DNA of 63,250 nucleotides, the filler included, from Octopus bimaculoides (taxonomy: Eukaryota), in assembly GCF_001194135.2 (NCBI RefSeq). It is 4 parts of 4 records of this genome, joined end to end, with 100 filler letters (N's around TTAATTAATTAA, not from the genome) between each part and the next. Parts side by side here need not be neighbours in the genome. Positions count along the whole stretch, not along the records: positions 1 to 15,854 come from NC_068987.1; 3 more parts are not named here. One strand, written 5' to 3'. The notes beneath the pieces are model-generated. The model was not told the origin of the DNA. It saw only the letters and a program-made list of their open reading frames with translations, and did no database searches. Each line of letters opens with the position of its first letter. Position 1 is the first letter of the stretch. This document shows, piece after piece, positions 1 through 13,070 of the stretch. Both the position numbers and the translations under genes were made by a program.

Positions 1-170
1 AATACAAATGTTGTCTTCGAAACATATGTCGGAAGTATAAAGATTTGAATATCACCTGGGTTTAACTCCATTTCTTTATCTCTCTCTCTCTCTCTCATTT
101 CAATATGTAACCGCGTGTGTATCGTTGGCGATTTTCTTTCTCCGTCTTCCGTTCTATGAACTTTTTCTAT

Positions 171-205
171 ATTTCTGATGAAGAGCTCCGCTCGAAACGT
201 GAAAT
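171..205 (+). ncRNA. Hammerhead-like motif in a Penelope-like repeat end, probably inactive
   Basis: ATTT-CTGATGA-A-GAGC-tcc-GCTC-GAAAC-GT-G-AAAT. The core is intact but the cleavage-site base is G (GTG) and stem I is only 4 bp. Confidence 0.45.
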
Positions 206-941
206 CCTCTTTCTTTTCTTTCCTTTCCTGAGCGTCCAATAACACAGTATTTGTACCACGTCCACGCGTTGTTGTTTTTTCTTGCTTGTTCTTGACACTT
301 AACACGAATTGATCTGTGATAACACGGGTTGGTGATCAATCGAAAATTCTGCTTGAATCACAAAACCGCCCCACCCCAGCGAACATCCACAATACTCGAG
401 GACAACTTGGGGGTCTGGAACGAAACCTATTTTTCCCATATGTTCTATTATTCATGTATTACTGATTCATTTAACGCGGTGATTGGGTGTGGGTGGAGGA
501 ATCAAATCACCGTGATAAATGAGGATAGACGTAGACAGGATTCGAACCCTGTTTGTTTTGATGACCATTCCATCGATTCTACTAACAATACTGCTCCTCG
601 TTATCGTTTACGCCATCGACGTTTACGTCATCTCAACAAACGTAAATGAACGTTCTTCTGTTCTCGACGATCAAATTTTTCATTTGAATTTTATTCGAAT
701 GAAAACGAGGATTTTGTTATCTTCTTTCAATTTAATTATCATTTGGTACTTAAAACATATTTAGTGAAAGGAGAAAATATGATACTCTAAATCTATAAAT
801 ATTCGCTTGCTAATAAAGAGAAATCAATTCCTCTAAGCTGATTGAACAATAATGCCAACAAGATAAGTGTGTGTATATGTATGTGCATATGTGTATGTGT
901 ATTTATATTTATATATGTCTATATATCTATATATATATTTT

Positions 942-975
<34 letters not shown>

Positions 976-1190
976 CATATATACATTTATACCTACCTAC
1001 CTACCAACATACATACATACATATACATACACATGCATATACATATACATGCATATACATACATATATACATTTTTTCATATTTCTTACGAAGAAGAGCG
1101 CGGGATACCTTCATATTATATTGAGAGAAATAAATAATTGCCAATTATATGAAGTTCGAGAATAGACAGATACCTTTTTACTGACATGTT

Positions 1191-1223
<33 letters not shown>

Positions 1224-1226
1224 GTC

Positions 1227-1277
<51 letters not shown>
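1191..1277. repeat. Compound (CAT)n(TAG)n microsatellite
   Basis: Directly visible. Confidence 0.95.
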
Positions 1278-2278
1278 TAAATGAACTACACTTTTAGCTT
1301 CTTTCCTTTTGTCTAGTTTCCCCTTTTTTTTGTTTTTTTTTTACTCTGTTCGTTTTAATATATTATTGTAAGAGTCAGATTTCTCCAACAGAATAAATAG
1401 CTACAAGAGAGATTCTTTTGAAGAAATGAAATATCCGAACATTATATCGACTGAGGTGCAACAGTGTTAGTGAGGTAAGCAAATTTAAACTTGCTTTAGA
1501 AAGAAATTACAAACAGAAAGAAGAGAGCCAGATCGATAGCCAATCGATTACTCCTGATAGAACTTGGTTAATCTTAAAGAAGGCTCGTACTTTTTTTAAA
1601 CAAGGCTCGAGGCCTCTATAACGTAAGAAAAGCAAGGAAGACGCAACAAATTCAAAAGATGTTGATTGAAAGAATGTTTAAAGGACTGAATATCATAGAC
1701 CAAACTTCTATAGGTCTGCATATCATAGAATACCATAGAGTACCATAGACGTGAATATCATAGAACTGGCTATCATAGACCAGAGTAAAACATTAAGAAG
1801 AAGATGGTAGTGTGTTCCAAGAAGCATCATTTCAAAGGATGAAAGTCTTGGAATAAAAGGACTTATGATTAACACGAAGCTCGAGAGAGAAACAACACAC
1901 CTAAGAAAAGAAGCGGTAACAGATTTAAAGGTCTTGAGAGGGGGTTTCTTGACCAGAAAGTTCATCAGAGCAATGACCATAGAAATATTTATAGGAAAGA
2001 CACAACGAAGATACGTTTCAACGATGAGCCCAGGAGTATAATCTTATAGAGAAACGAGGAGCTATCGTGTTAATTTGATTATTAACTCGGTCAAGCAAGT
2101 TAAGACACTGATGGTCCAAAGATGGTCGTAATTTTTAATAAATCTATTGGAGAGTTTATTATAAATTTCGTCATTTAATAACTAATTTGTGTTGGGGGAC
2201 AAAGGATCAATAACAATTTTTAATTGACGTCCTTTTGAATCTGTTACTGAGTAATTTATGAGTTTTAAGTTATAAAAT

Positions 2279-2355
2279 GTGAAGGCGCGTGGCCAAGTAG
2301 TTAGCGTGTTGCTCTCGCGATCGCTTGATCGTGGGTTCGATTTCCAGAACGAGGA
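2279..2355 (+). mobile_element. SINE family C head only
   Basis: GTGAAGGCGCGTGGCCAAGTAGTTAGC...GGGTTCGATTTCC. Confidence 0.6.
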
Positions 2356-3737
2356 AATTTCTGCCCAGAAGCTTACACAGGTTCCTGGCCTTTTTGAAAG
2401 GTAGGACGGAAATTCAAGAACAGCTGGAGCGGTACGGGATCCGGTTGTAGAAAGCGGGAGTTTGCTAGGATAGTATGCTGAAGTGACCGCTTCACAGGAT
2501 GGAGAGAAATCTGTTCACTAGACGGATGGTAGAGACTTGACAAAGGACGGCGACTTGATATCGAAGAAGAGTTTATTACAGAGGTAGTGGCGAAGAAAGT
2601 GATGGCAGATTCGGTGTATATGGATGTGAAGAATGACAGTCGAGATAGAAAGGAATGTCTAAAGGTTAAGTGAGGTGAAGAGGTAGATTTATAAAGATTG
2701 TTTGCTTGTGATAAACTTTTAATTAAGAGTGAATCAATTATCTCAAATTTCTTCGAGAGGAATCATATTCATACTTTATGCAAATCATAAAATTTATTCA
2801 TTTCAAAACACTTGTAACCATTTCTACTACCAAGTTTATCATTTAAGTACATTAAACATGCAAACCACCAAATGTTGAAAATATACCTCTCAACACAATT
2901 TTCAATCTCATTTTAGATGGAGGTTGGTGGGGGTTGCTATTGGTATTTTATTTTCTACATAACACGATTTCTTCGAATTATTTTGTACAAAATTTTGAAG
3001 TCAACGCAAGAAAACTAGTTCAAGATATTCCAAAAACTTTATCGATTTATAATAATCATAATGCACATTCATTTAGGATATTGAAGAAAGTTTACATAAT
3101 ATGAAAATAGCGGTGGGGGATATCGATTTGCTATTCAAAAGATTATTTGTCTAAAATAAATTCCGTTTATCATACTTTCGCTTCAAGTGGATCTTTTCTC
3201 TGTTGAATAAAAACAAAAACATGCTCGATTGTGCTGAAATGCAGAAACGTTTTGCGTTGAACTATACGACGAAACTTCTCTATTGTGGCCGTAATTATTA
3301 TCATTGTCATTATTCTTATTGTTGGTGGTGTTGCCGTTTTAATGCACTTAAAGTATTCACTCAAGCAAACAAAATGGAGACTTATCAAATGTAGGTCAGT
3401 TGAAGCAATGTCCAGATTTATGATAATAACCGTATTCACATTAATACCTTCAACAATACCCTCAAGACGGACAAATAACATTATTTAGTTGTTAGAATAT
3501 GGTTAATTCGATTTCTTTTATTCATAAAAATGCTGTTTAGAGAAGCTCGTCTACAAAATGGGTAACGTTTCTGATAGATCATGTGACACCGGAGCTGAGA
3601 ATAATTGCGAACGAAATAAATTGAACTGAAAACCACAGGCTGAATTATCGATCCTTCAACAAAATGAATGAGATTAACGTTACTCCCTTCATCGTTCCAT
3701 TCATTTACTAAACACCTCCCAATAATAGACCTTTTAT

Positions 3738-3862
3738 CGTTTGTTTCAGTCATTAGACTGCGGTCATACTGGGGCACCACCTTGAAGAATTGTAGTCGAA
3801 AGAATCGATCCCAGTACTTAATTTTCTTTTAAGCCTGGTACTTATTCTATCAGTCTCTTTTA
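3738..3862 (-). mobile_element. SINE family A tail fragment
   Basis: tttgtttcagtcattagactgcggtcatactggggcacc...ggtacttattctatc matches the family A tail. Confidence 0.7.
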
Positions 3863-3879
3863 ACACATTTACTTAATCA

Positions 3880-4385
3880 AAATTTAGTCGTTCTAAAACT
3901 TGGTAATATGTTGAATTCGTCCATCTGTTTTCTCCGTCGACTATTCCGAGTAGAATTGCTGGGGTACGGTTTGTCCTCGTGCCTCTCTTCCATAGGGTTC
4001 TATCAGCAGCAACCGTTATTTCGCCCTCCATCTGGATTCTAAACCATGAGTAACTGAGATAGTGGATATCATCCAACCATCTCGTTCTTGGTCTATTCCG
4101 AAGTTTCCTACTGGTCAACTTGGCTTGAGGAAACTGTCTTGTGATTCTTTTCGGTGACATTCTAACCACGTGTCCATTGTACCGGAAATGTGACATTTCA
4201 ATGCAGAGAAGTAACGGTTTGACCTGGTGAGACTGTTTCGTCTCTCGGCTACACAACGTGTCGAGTAAAGGTACTCCAAAGATCCTACGAATGAACCCCA
4301 TATCAGCCGTTTGGGTTCGCGATTGTACTCCTTTGACATTATCCAACATTCATAACCGTTGGTGAGGACGGACACAAAACCCAAA
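3880..4385 (-). mobile_element. RTE-clade LINE, 5'-truncated 3' fragment (C-terminal end of the RT ORF), frameshifted
   Basis: Translations VLTNGYECWIM, then DMGFIRRIFGVPLLD, PLLLCIE, RYNGHVVRM, RNRPRTRWLDDI resemble the RTE C-terminal pattern (LTYGxExW...EMxFLRRI...LRWFGHVxRM...RGRPRxRW). Confidence 0.85.
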
Positions 4386-4507
4386 TGATTATGTTGAATT
4401 AAAATTATAAATAAATGAAAATACAGATTTAAAATCTTTATATTTTCTTTCTCTTTCAGGGAAGAAACTGCAGTCTTTGACGTCAAACTGAAGAATAAAA
4501 CATCAAG

Positions 4508-4895
4508 ATGAATATCAGTGGTAACATCACTTTTAACAACAGTATAAGCAGCTTCTGTCTGCCGGGCAGCACAGTTAAACAAAAAGACATATCACGCCTG
4601 GTGCATATGTTCCAGGCCCCTAGTCCAGCACCCGTCATTGCCATACATGAAATAGTCTTGAAAATAAGTTTGTATGTTGTAGCATTCATCATGGATATTG
4701 TTGGTAACGTGCTGGTTATGTTAATTATCTACCTCAACAAACGGATGCACTGCACAACCAATTATCTTATCATGAATCTGGCAATTTCAGACATTTTGGT
4801 TGGATTGTTCTGTATGTGGGTCCACATCGGTAATCAAATCACTCCAGAATGGCCGTTCGGTGATTTGGTCTGTAAAGTCAACACATTTATTCAAG
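4508..4895 (+). CDS. Class A (rhodopsin-like) neuropeptide GPCR, coding exon 1 (N-terminus, TM1, TM2, ECL1, start of TM3)
   Basis: ATG at 4508 with A at -3; in-frame TGA upstream at 4478-4480. N-terminal sequons NIS/NIT/NNS, TM1 IVGNVLV, TM2 NLAISD, ECL1 WPFG plus the conserved Cys (VCK). Ends at donor CAAG|GTAAGT (phase 1). A polypyrimidine tract plus AG at 4441-4459 suggests an upstream 5'UTR intron. Confidence 0.93.
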
Positions 4896-5898
4896 GTAAG
4901 TACGCTGTATTTATTTGTATATATCAACTATAAATAATAACAAAAATGGATCATTTTGTTTTGTTTGCTTGTTTTTAATTAGTTTTGCTTTTGACTAGAA
5001 TCCTACCAAACAGTAACAAGTCTGAAGAAGTGATAGCTATCTCTTTTTTATATATATAAGAAAGTCCTGAACAAGGCGAGAAGCTACTTAGTGTAAGGCA
5101 CTATAGAGAAGAAGGAATTATTAATTAATTTACTTTAGACTTGAAAGAGCTCGAAAACAATGAGGTGGAAGAGAGTTCCAAAGTCTGGCATTTCGAGGGG
5201 GAAAGCTACGAGCGTAGAAAGACCTCCATTTTCGTGAAAGCACAGCAACTAAAGAGAACATGAAGATTATCAAAGTTTAAAATTACTAAAATATGATCGC
5301 CATCGCAACTTGTTATGCATTTTAGTTTTCATACCATTTCTTTTAATCTTCCTGATTTCTTCTTCTGGTCGCTGTGTATTCCACGGACACGTGTACTCCT
5401 AACGTAATCCTCAAGCAGAATCAGCATGATATAGTGTGTGGCAAAGCAGTGCCTTTTGAATTACAGGTGCAGTCCAGGAGCTTCCACACAGTTTCCGTCT
5501 ATCCGATTTCACTCCCAAGGCATGGGTCGATCCTATGACACAGCAAAAGCACTTGCTCAAGGTGCTACATCATTGTGAAGCCAGTTTCTCGAACGTCCAG
5601 TCAACGAAGAATGAAATACCTGAATGGCTAAAGTATCTAACTATCAGGTTTTCGAGTTGTGATTTAAATATCTATTGTATATCTAAAAATGTATTTGATA
5701 TTACAGGATGTAGATACCATAGATACCAAAAATAGATAACAAACTTGGCATTGTTACAAGAGATAAATTAATTTTCTATTTATTCAGAAAGTGTTACACT
5801 TATCTACTTCGGGCCATAAAATCGGAGCTACGACTAAACACTATAAAAGACTTCTCATATCTATCTATCTTTATATATATGTGTGTGTGTGTTTATAC

Positions 5899-5931
<33 letters not shown>

Positions 5932-6238
5932 TGTATGTATGTATGTATTTATGTATGATATTTCTTTGAGTTTAATTTAAGTTCTACTTGAGAAAGTTCA
6001 AGCCGGTCGCTAACAAAGCTACAAGACTTTTTGAATTAAGAAAGTTCCAGGTATTTATAAATATGTGGTTGGCATGTTTAGTTTAACTGTCGTTGTATAC
6101 ACCCGAGTATGCGTATCTATTCACATAAGAATCTCAGATGAGTCTATGTATGTATGTATGTATGTATTCAAATTTCCACCCCTAAAGTTTATATTACTTA
6201 TCTCTTTTGGGGGTTTTTTTTTATATTCCCCTTCATTA

Positions 6239-6455
6239 GGGCGGTGAGCTGGCAGAAACGTTAGCACGCCGAGCGAAATGCTTAGCGGTATTTCGTCTGC
6301 CGCTACGTTCTGAGTTCAAATTCCACCGAGGTCGACTTTGCCTTTTATCCTCTCGGGGTCGATAAATTAAGTACCAGTTGCGTACTGGGGTCAATCTAAT
6401 CGACTGGCTCCCTCTCCCCAAATTTCGGCCTTGTACCTAGAGTAAAAAAGATTAT
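6239..6455 (+). mobile_element. SINE family B
   Basis: GGCGGTGAGCTGGCAGAA...GAGTTCAAATTCC (B-box-like)...GGTCGACTTTGCC...AAGTACCAGTTG; many copies in the window. Confidence 0.9.
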
Positions 6456-7062
6456 ATTCCTTTCATCTGATATAAGTATTGGCCACCCCTATCCTTCTTT
6501 CTTCTAGTTACCACCTCTTCCGCATCAGTCATTCTCTTACTAGCAGCTCTGCGACATATCCTTTTATGTAGATAAAGCCAATTATGGTTCCAGTACAGTG
6601 AGGGTCTGGGAGATTGTCTGACATTAACTGATTTATCACCATCAACTAGAATACAGTTGAACACTCCCAGTGGGATTTAATTCTAAATGGTTGAAGACTA
6701 CATGCTGCATAAAATCTAAATATAAATAACAACGTCACCATTCCTTTATCTTGACCACCCCCATCTATTTTTCCTCTGCTACTCTCTAAATTATAGTTGG
6801 CTTAATATGATATGCATTATTTTCTAAACTCATTCTGCCATAGATATAACATAAGGAAATAAAGTAATTATTTTGCTTTCTATTATTGATGTAAATTTGT
6901 TAAAAAATAGTTTACCCTTTATGTTTGAAATCTATATGGTCATCTGCGTCTGAAGAGAGCGGTTTCTTTCAGACTGATGTAACGCTGTCATTGCTCAATT
7001 AAATGTAGCTGCTTGAAACGGCCGTAATGCATTGACACCTATACATCCTTGTTACATGTATG

Positions 7063-7100
<38 letters not shown>

Positions 7101-9802
7101 CGCACATATCTAATAAACACAGTATATATTTTTTTAATGCGCTACCAATAGTTTCATGTGATGAAAACAACTAAGAACCATTTTATAATACATTTGGTGT
7201 CTTCACACAATCCTCAGACTCTGCCCACACGGTATAACATGCTAAGACAGGATGATGCGTATGTGTGTCTTTGTGTGTGTGTGTGTGTGTGTGTGTGTCT
7301 GTGTGTGTGTGTGTGTATGTGTGTGTGTGTGTGTGTGTTTGTGTGTTATGTGTGTGTGTATGTGTGTGTGTGTGCGTGCGTATGTGTGTGTAAGATCGTC
7401 ATCTGCAGTGTGTACAGCAAGATTTAAAACGATTATTGGCATATTTATAAATTTCTAATATGTACGGTGTCTTATGTCCATAATGTTGTCATCGATGGAG
7501 TGGGGTGTTCTCCTACGACAGCGATCAAGATGTTTTGCGTTCGAGCCTGCCTAGACATGTATATATTTATACACGCGCATATATATATATATAAATTTGT
7601 GTGTGTATGTGCGTGCGTGTGTTTTATTTGGTGTCTAAACAGCTCTGCTTCACGATATCCGAACGCATCTTATTTTAAGAATGTTATATTTGATGAGAGA
7701 CTGTTTCTCTGAGAATTTGATATGCTCTGCCAAACATTGGTAAATATTAACTACTTTAATAAAACCTGGCTGAGAGATTCCTACTTATGAACACATCCAA
7801 CTGACTTTGAATTAAATTTAAATACGAATTAATACATTTTTAGCAACCAACATTTAAACCAAGATTCTTATTGCATTTTATAATACGATAATTAGAAGTG
7901 TGTGTGTGTGTGTGTGTGTGTGNNNNNNNNNNNNNNNNNNNNNNNNNNNNNNNNNNNNNNNNNNNNNNNNNNNNNNNNNNNNNNNNNNNNNNNNNNNNNN
8001 NNNNNNNNNNNNNNNNNNNNNNNNNNNNNNNNNNNNNNNNNNNNNNNNNNNNNNNNNNNNNNNNNNNNNNNNNNNNNNNNNNNNNNNNNNNNNNNNNNNN
8101 NNNNNNNNNNNNNNNNNNNNNNNNNNNNNNNNNNNNNNNNNNNNNNNNNNNNNNNNNNNNNNNNNNNNNNNNNNNNNNNNNNNNNNNNNNNNNNNNNNNN
8201 NNNNNNNNNNNNNNNNNNNNNNNNNNNNNNNNNNNNNNNNNNNNNNNNNNNNNNNNNNNNNNNNNNNNNNNNNNNNNNNNNNNNNNNNNNNNNNNNNNNN
8301 NNNNNNNNNNNNNNNNNNNNNNNNNNNNNNNNNNNNNNNNNNNNNNNNNNNNNNNNNNNNNNNNNNNNNNNNNNNNNNNNNNNNNNNNNNNNNNNNNNNN
8401 NNNNNNNNNNNNNNNNNNNNNNNNNNNNNNNNNNNNNNNNNNNNNNNNNNNNNNNNNNNNNNNNNNNNNNNNNNNNNNNNNNNNNNNNNNNNNNNNNNNN
8501 NNNNNNNNNNNNNNNNNNNNNNNNNNNNNNNNNNNNNNNNNNNNNNNNNNNNNNNNNNNNNNNNNNNNNNNNNNNNNNNNNNNNNNNNNNNNNNNNNNNN
8601 NNNNNNNNNNNNNNNNNNNNNNNNNNNNNNNNNNNNNNNNNNNNNNNNNNNNNNNNNNNNNNTGTGTTATAGAACAGAAAAAATTTTTTGTATTCGGATT
8701 TATTTCATGTAAAAAATTGTCTTATTTCGATAATTTCAACCAATCACTGACAAGTATTCAGCTGTTTATACTTACTCCTTTGGCACTTTAAGCGGTGTAA
8801 AGCGTATTTAATCTCCATTACTTCTGACATTTTGCAGAGGCAACACACGTGTGTTCGTTTTCCCTAACCCTAATTGACTTGCTCCTTCCCTAAAAAACCA
8901 TACCTTGTGCCTATAATAGAAAGGTTTATTAGCTACTGCCAATCTGCTTCAACCGTTTTTTGACAAGGAAATAATAATTTTATCACCGCCGAGAATCGTT
9001 TGTTTACGTAGTCAGTACTTAATTTTTACGGCTGTATGGACGTCAGTCATTGGTTGAAATTACAGAAATACGACAACTTTAACATGAAATAACTTGCGAT
9101 GTACGTTTTTTTTTAAGAAGACTAAGAGAAAAAGATGCTTTATATGACACATTCTACCAGTGTCCCAAGTTTCAAAGAGTTTCGTTAAGAAAATACTGGT
9201 GCCCCCGTTTTGAACAAGATCCAAGAATGGTACAATCAAGACATAACTGGAAGTGCATTGTGACCAGCGGTGTATAACGCCATCTGATGGTCTGGTCGAT
9301 ACTATGATATTGATGAAACATTGCTGATTTGTTGTGATATTTCAGCTGACAATGGATTATTCCATTGATCCGTTCTTCTTACATTCTTTTGCTTGACTCG
9401 CCATTTTAGCAATCTTCTACCCTCACCAATCAAAACTTAACAATTTCTAACGTAGAAATAAAAAAGAAATTTTCGAGGACAAAAATCAATTGTAACGGCT
9501 CCTCGCTCTAACACAATTAGATCGAAACATCGGTATCTCAAAGTTCCCCACCCCTTACGTCATTGAATCGTGTGTTTTGTCAAAACATTTTCTGAAAAAA
9601 AGTTGTTCTCCGAAGTGAAATACAACAATGATTAGCTTATTCACGTTCAAATCTACTGGAACATATTAAAACTGAATCAACTCACTATTGTTGTAATATT
9701 CCATTATTGATGCCATTAGTTTCGACTGTAATTGTCCATGTGTCCATATTTGACGCCATCTTTATCTTAAAAAATAAACAGCATTCTTGTTTTCTTTTTC
9801 AG

Positions 9803-10236
9803 TGATTGCAGTAACGTTAAGCGTTCTCAGTCTGACCACAATATCAGCCGACCGTTTCATGGCTATCGTCTTCCCGCTTCGCAGTAGAATGTCTTCTACG
9901 AAAGCCAGCATCGTCATTAGTATGATCTGGTTTATATCAATCAGTGTTGCTGCGCCACAACTTATCGTTCGACAACAATCTGAATTTACTTGGGCTGACC
10001 GCCACGAGATTTATTGCGATGAAGTCTGGCCAACCGTATATATAAATACCAAATGCGAAACTGACCAGCCTGTCCGCAAGATTTACTATATAATCTTTAT
10101 ACTTGTTCTATATTTTATCCCCATTCTGGTCATGATAGTCGCCTATTCGATCATAGTGTTAACCTTGATGAAACGCAAAGCCCCTGGTGTTGCCATTTTG
10201 TCCACAACCTTGGCCCAAGAAAAGTCTAAGAGAAAG
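9803..10236 (+). CDS. Class A neuropeptide GPCR, coding exon 2 (TM3-TM5, ICL3)
   Basis: Acceptor TTTCTTTTTCAG at 9791-9802. G4895+TG gives Val, keeping frame with exon 1 (388+434=822 nt). Motifs: DRF in ADRFMAIVFP, TM4 IWFISISVAAP, ECL2 Cys in YCDEVWP, TM5 YFIPILVMIVAY. Ends KSKRK at donor AAG|GTAAGT (phase 0), the usual position just before TM6. Confidence 0.93.
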
Positions 10237-10387
10237 GTAAGTTTGGTGCCACAAAATGTACAGTTTAAGGGTGTGTTTGTTATTGTATGAATTATATATA
10301 TGCACGTGTATATGTGTGAGTGTATGCATATGTGCCAGTATATTTGTGTGTGCGCACACACATATATATATGTATGTATGTATATAT

Positions 10388-10435
<48 letters not shown>

Positions 10436-11287
10436 GTAGTCAATTCGAGGATGTCGGGTCCTCATTAGGGATTAAATAATCCAAAAATTTCACTGTTTAA
10501 TCACTATCATATAAGGAGAAAATCTCGGCGATATGCTAAGGGTTATTATAGTAATACATATTGTTTATTATGATGAAAGAAAATGGAGAATTATGGATGT
10601 ATAAATAATTTTTTTCTACGATATAAATTATTTATACATCCTTAATTCTCCATTTTCTTTCTTTCATCCTTATATATATACATATCTATATATTCATATA
10701 TATGCGAGTGTGTGTGTTTTATTAAATACACGACTATGTTCAAGTGTTATCTTTATTTATTTTAGATTTTTCATATTTTCTTATTAGTTTTTTATGGTTG
10801 ATTTGGAAAAATGGAGTTCCGAGATCCATATCCGACGTTTCTAGACCTTCACAGTCTCGTTTTCGAGAATTGATTACATCTGGCGTTGTATGTAATGAAA
10901 GTACATAAAAGAAAAACAGTCCCCCTTTTATACGAACATGAAATTACATGATATTACAGCTAAAAACGAAAAATATACGACGGAATTCCAAAGGAAATTG
11001 ATCGAACGGCAAAAACACACAACGGCTGTGATTACTGATGCATGGAACCAATGGTCCAAAATCCATTAGGGGAAAAGTCTACACAAATCCAATCAGTATA
11101 TAAGAAGCAACACAAATAACAAATAGATTCAATTCAATTCTTGAAGATGAGAGTGTGAAGATCTAGAAACGTCAGAAACAGGTCTAGGAACTCTGGTGCT
11201 CCAAACCAACTGTAAAAAGCTAATAACAGAAGAATGCCCTGAAGAAAATATGTTCTCCACATATGGGCATGTGTATGTGTGCTCGCT

Positions 11288-11334
<47 letters not shown>

Positions 11335-11344
11335 ATCTTTCATT

Positions 11345-11545
11345 TTTTATCTCTTACTTGTTTCAATCATTAAAGCGCGACATTGCTGGAGCACCACCTT
11401 GGAGAATTTTAGTCAAATGAATCAACGCCAGTACTTATTTTTTAAGTCTGACACTTATTCTATCACTTGACAACCGTTTTTGATGTGTTTATCTTCCCGT
11501 AGTTTAGCGGTTCGCCAAAAGGAAACGATAGAATAAGTACCAGGC
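11345..11545 (-). mobile_element. SINE family A tail fragment
   Basis: cttgtttcaatcatt...ctggagcaccacc...gatagaataagtaccaggct; internally rearranged. Confidence 0.65.
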
Positions 11546-11555
11546 TATATATATA

Positions 11556-11635
<80 letters not shown>

Positions 11636-11659
11636 TGATTGTCCGCTAGCTCCAAAAGT

Positions 11660-11830
11660 TGTTTTTTTATTACTGTCTCTCTGTTTATTTCCTCGTGTTC
11701 CTTTTTGCTGAAGAGCGTAGGCTCGAAACTTAAAAGATTATCTCACCTTCCCGAGCGTCAAACTAATACACCTGCTTGTTGTTTATACACCTGTCTTCGT
11801 CTTCTGTTTTTCTGTAAATTTCAACTATAT
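11660..11830 (+). mobile_element. Penelope-like terminal repeat remnant with decayed hammerhead core
   Basis: GAAGAGCGTAGGCTCGAAAC at 11710-11729. The flanks align by eye with the reverse complement of 44425-44585 and more loosely with 130-310. Confidence 0.45.
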
Positions 11831-12309
11831 ACATACACATATGAACAATTCTTCGGGCGAGATTTTCAGTCACCTGAAATATCGCTTGTAGCGAGAATCT
11901 TTGAATAGAGACGGAGTGAATAACATCAAATTAGAACGAATGAGTATACGTGTGTGTGTACGTATGTATGTATGTATGCATGTGTATGTATATGTATATT
12001 TTTTTATTAATATTTAGAAGACGCATCAGAGTGACTCAAGGCCCGAGAGTTTCGTGCGTTAACACTTATCAAACCATATATAAATACAAATACACACACG
12101 TGTGTGTGTATATATATATGTATATNNNNNNNNNNNNNNNNNNNNNNNNNNNNNNNNNNNNNNNNNNNNNNNNNNNNNNNNNNNNNNNNNNNNNNNNNNN
12201 NNNNNNNNNNNNNNNNNNNNNNNNNNNNNNNNNNNNNNNNNNNNNNNNNNNNNNNNNNNNNNNNNNNNNNNNNNNNNNNNNNNNNNNNNNNNNNNNNNNN
12301 NNNNNNNNN

Positions 12310-12340
<31 letters not shown>

Positions 12341-12834
12341 TATGTGTGTGTGTACACAGAAAAAGACATACAGACAGACAGTGGGGCGGACTGACAGGCA
12401 AACAGACGGATAGACAGAGTGTTAGAGACTTTGATACACATTTATAGTTTTGTTTTAAATACGAGTTGTATTTCATAATTTCTGTCGTTCGCTTGAATTT
12501 CATTGATGCAACTTGTGATTTGCTGACAACTGTATCGTTTACTGCTTTGATATTTGTTTATTTAAGTGAAAATATATTGAACACCGTAATTATTTTTGAC
12601 TTCATTCAATTCATATCGCCATATATCGATGATTTTTTTCTGTGGAAGAATTTAAAGAGAGCTAAGTAAATATGTCATAGGAGAAATGTTACGGATGGAC
12701 AGCTGTATCACTATGTATACGCTGATACACGGATTAATTTGATTTCGTGCAAACAAAGAGCTGTCTCGGTTTAGTTTACTTAAAATGAATCTCATCACAT
12801 CACGTATAATAATTTCTGTCTCAAATCCAAGAAC

Positions 12835-13070
12835 TTACAAAGCCGGTTACCCGGTTTCTGTGGCGTATAAATGACCAGAGATCACAACATCCACCCTTGA
12901 GTGGTTCACCTGTCCGTCGCAGGGTTAATCATTGACGGTTGAGTGAACTGGGGGTAGCGTGAAAGGAAATGTTTTGCTCAATAGCACAACGCTCTGCTTG
13001 GTCCGGGAATAGAAACCGTGGTGTTGCCATCGTGAGTGTGACACCCCAACCACTAGGTCACACGCCTTCA
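12835..13070 (-). mobile_element. SINE family C variant
   Basis: Ends ccaaccactaggtcacacgccttcac; related to 47766-48005. Confidence 0.75.

Noticed and set aside
535-600. Minus-strand GGTTCGAATCC B-box, possible tRNA gene
   Set aside because: No cloverleaf; at best a decayed SINE head. The same applies to all SINE heads, so no tRNA genes were called.
842-1165. Long ORFs made of YI/CV/HT/ER/poly-X (here and throughout the track)
   Set aside because: These are translations of microsatellites and N runs.
1940-1970. Minus-strand CTGATGA...GAAAC
   Set aside because: Stem II does not close and there is no GUH or stem I.
3285-3488. 67 aa ORF with a hydrophobic N-terminus
   Set aside because: No recognisable domain or splice support; hydrophobicity is expected from T-rich sequence.
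6972-7035. CTGATGT...GAAAC-GGCC-GTA
   Set aside because: Core mutated and no stem I pairing.
12046-12072. Minus-strand TTGATAA-GTG-ttaacg-CAC-GAAAC hammerhead-like motif
   Set aside because: Two core substitutions and no credible stem III or stem I.
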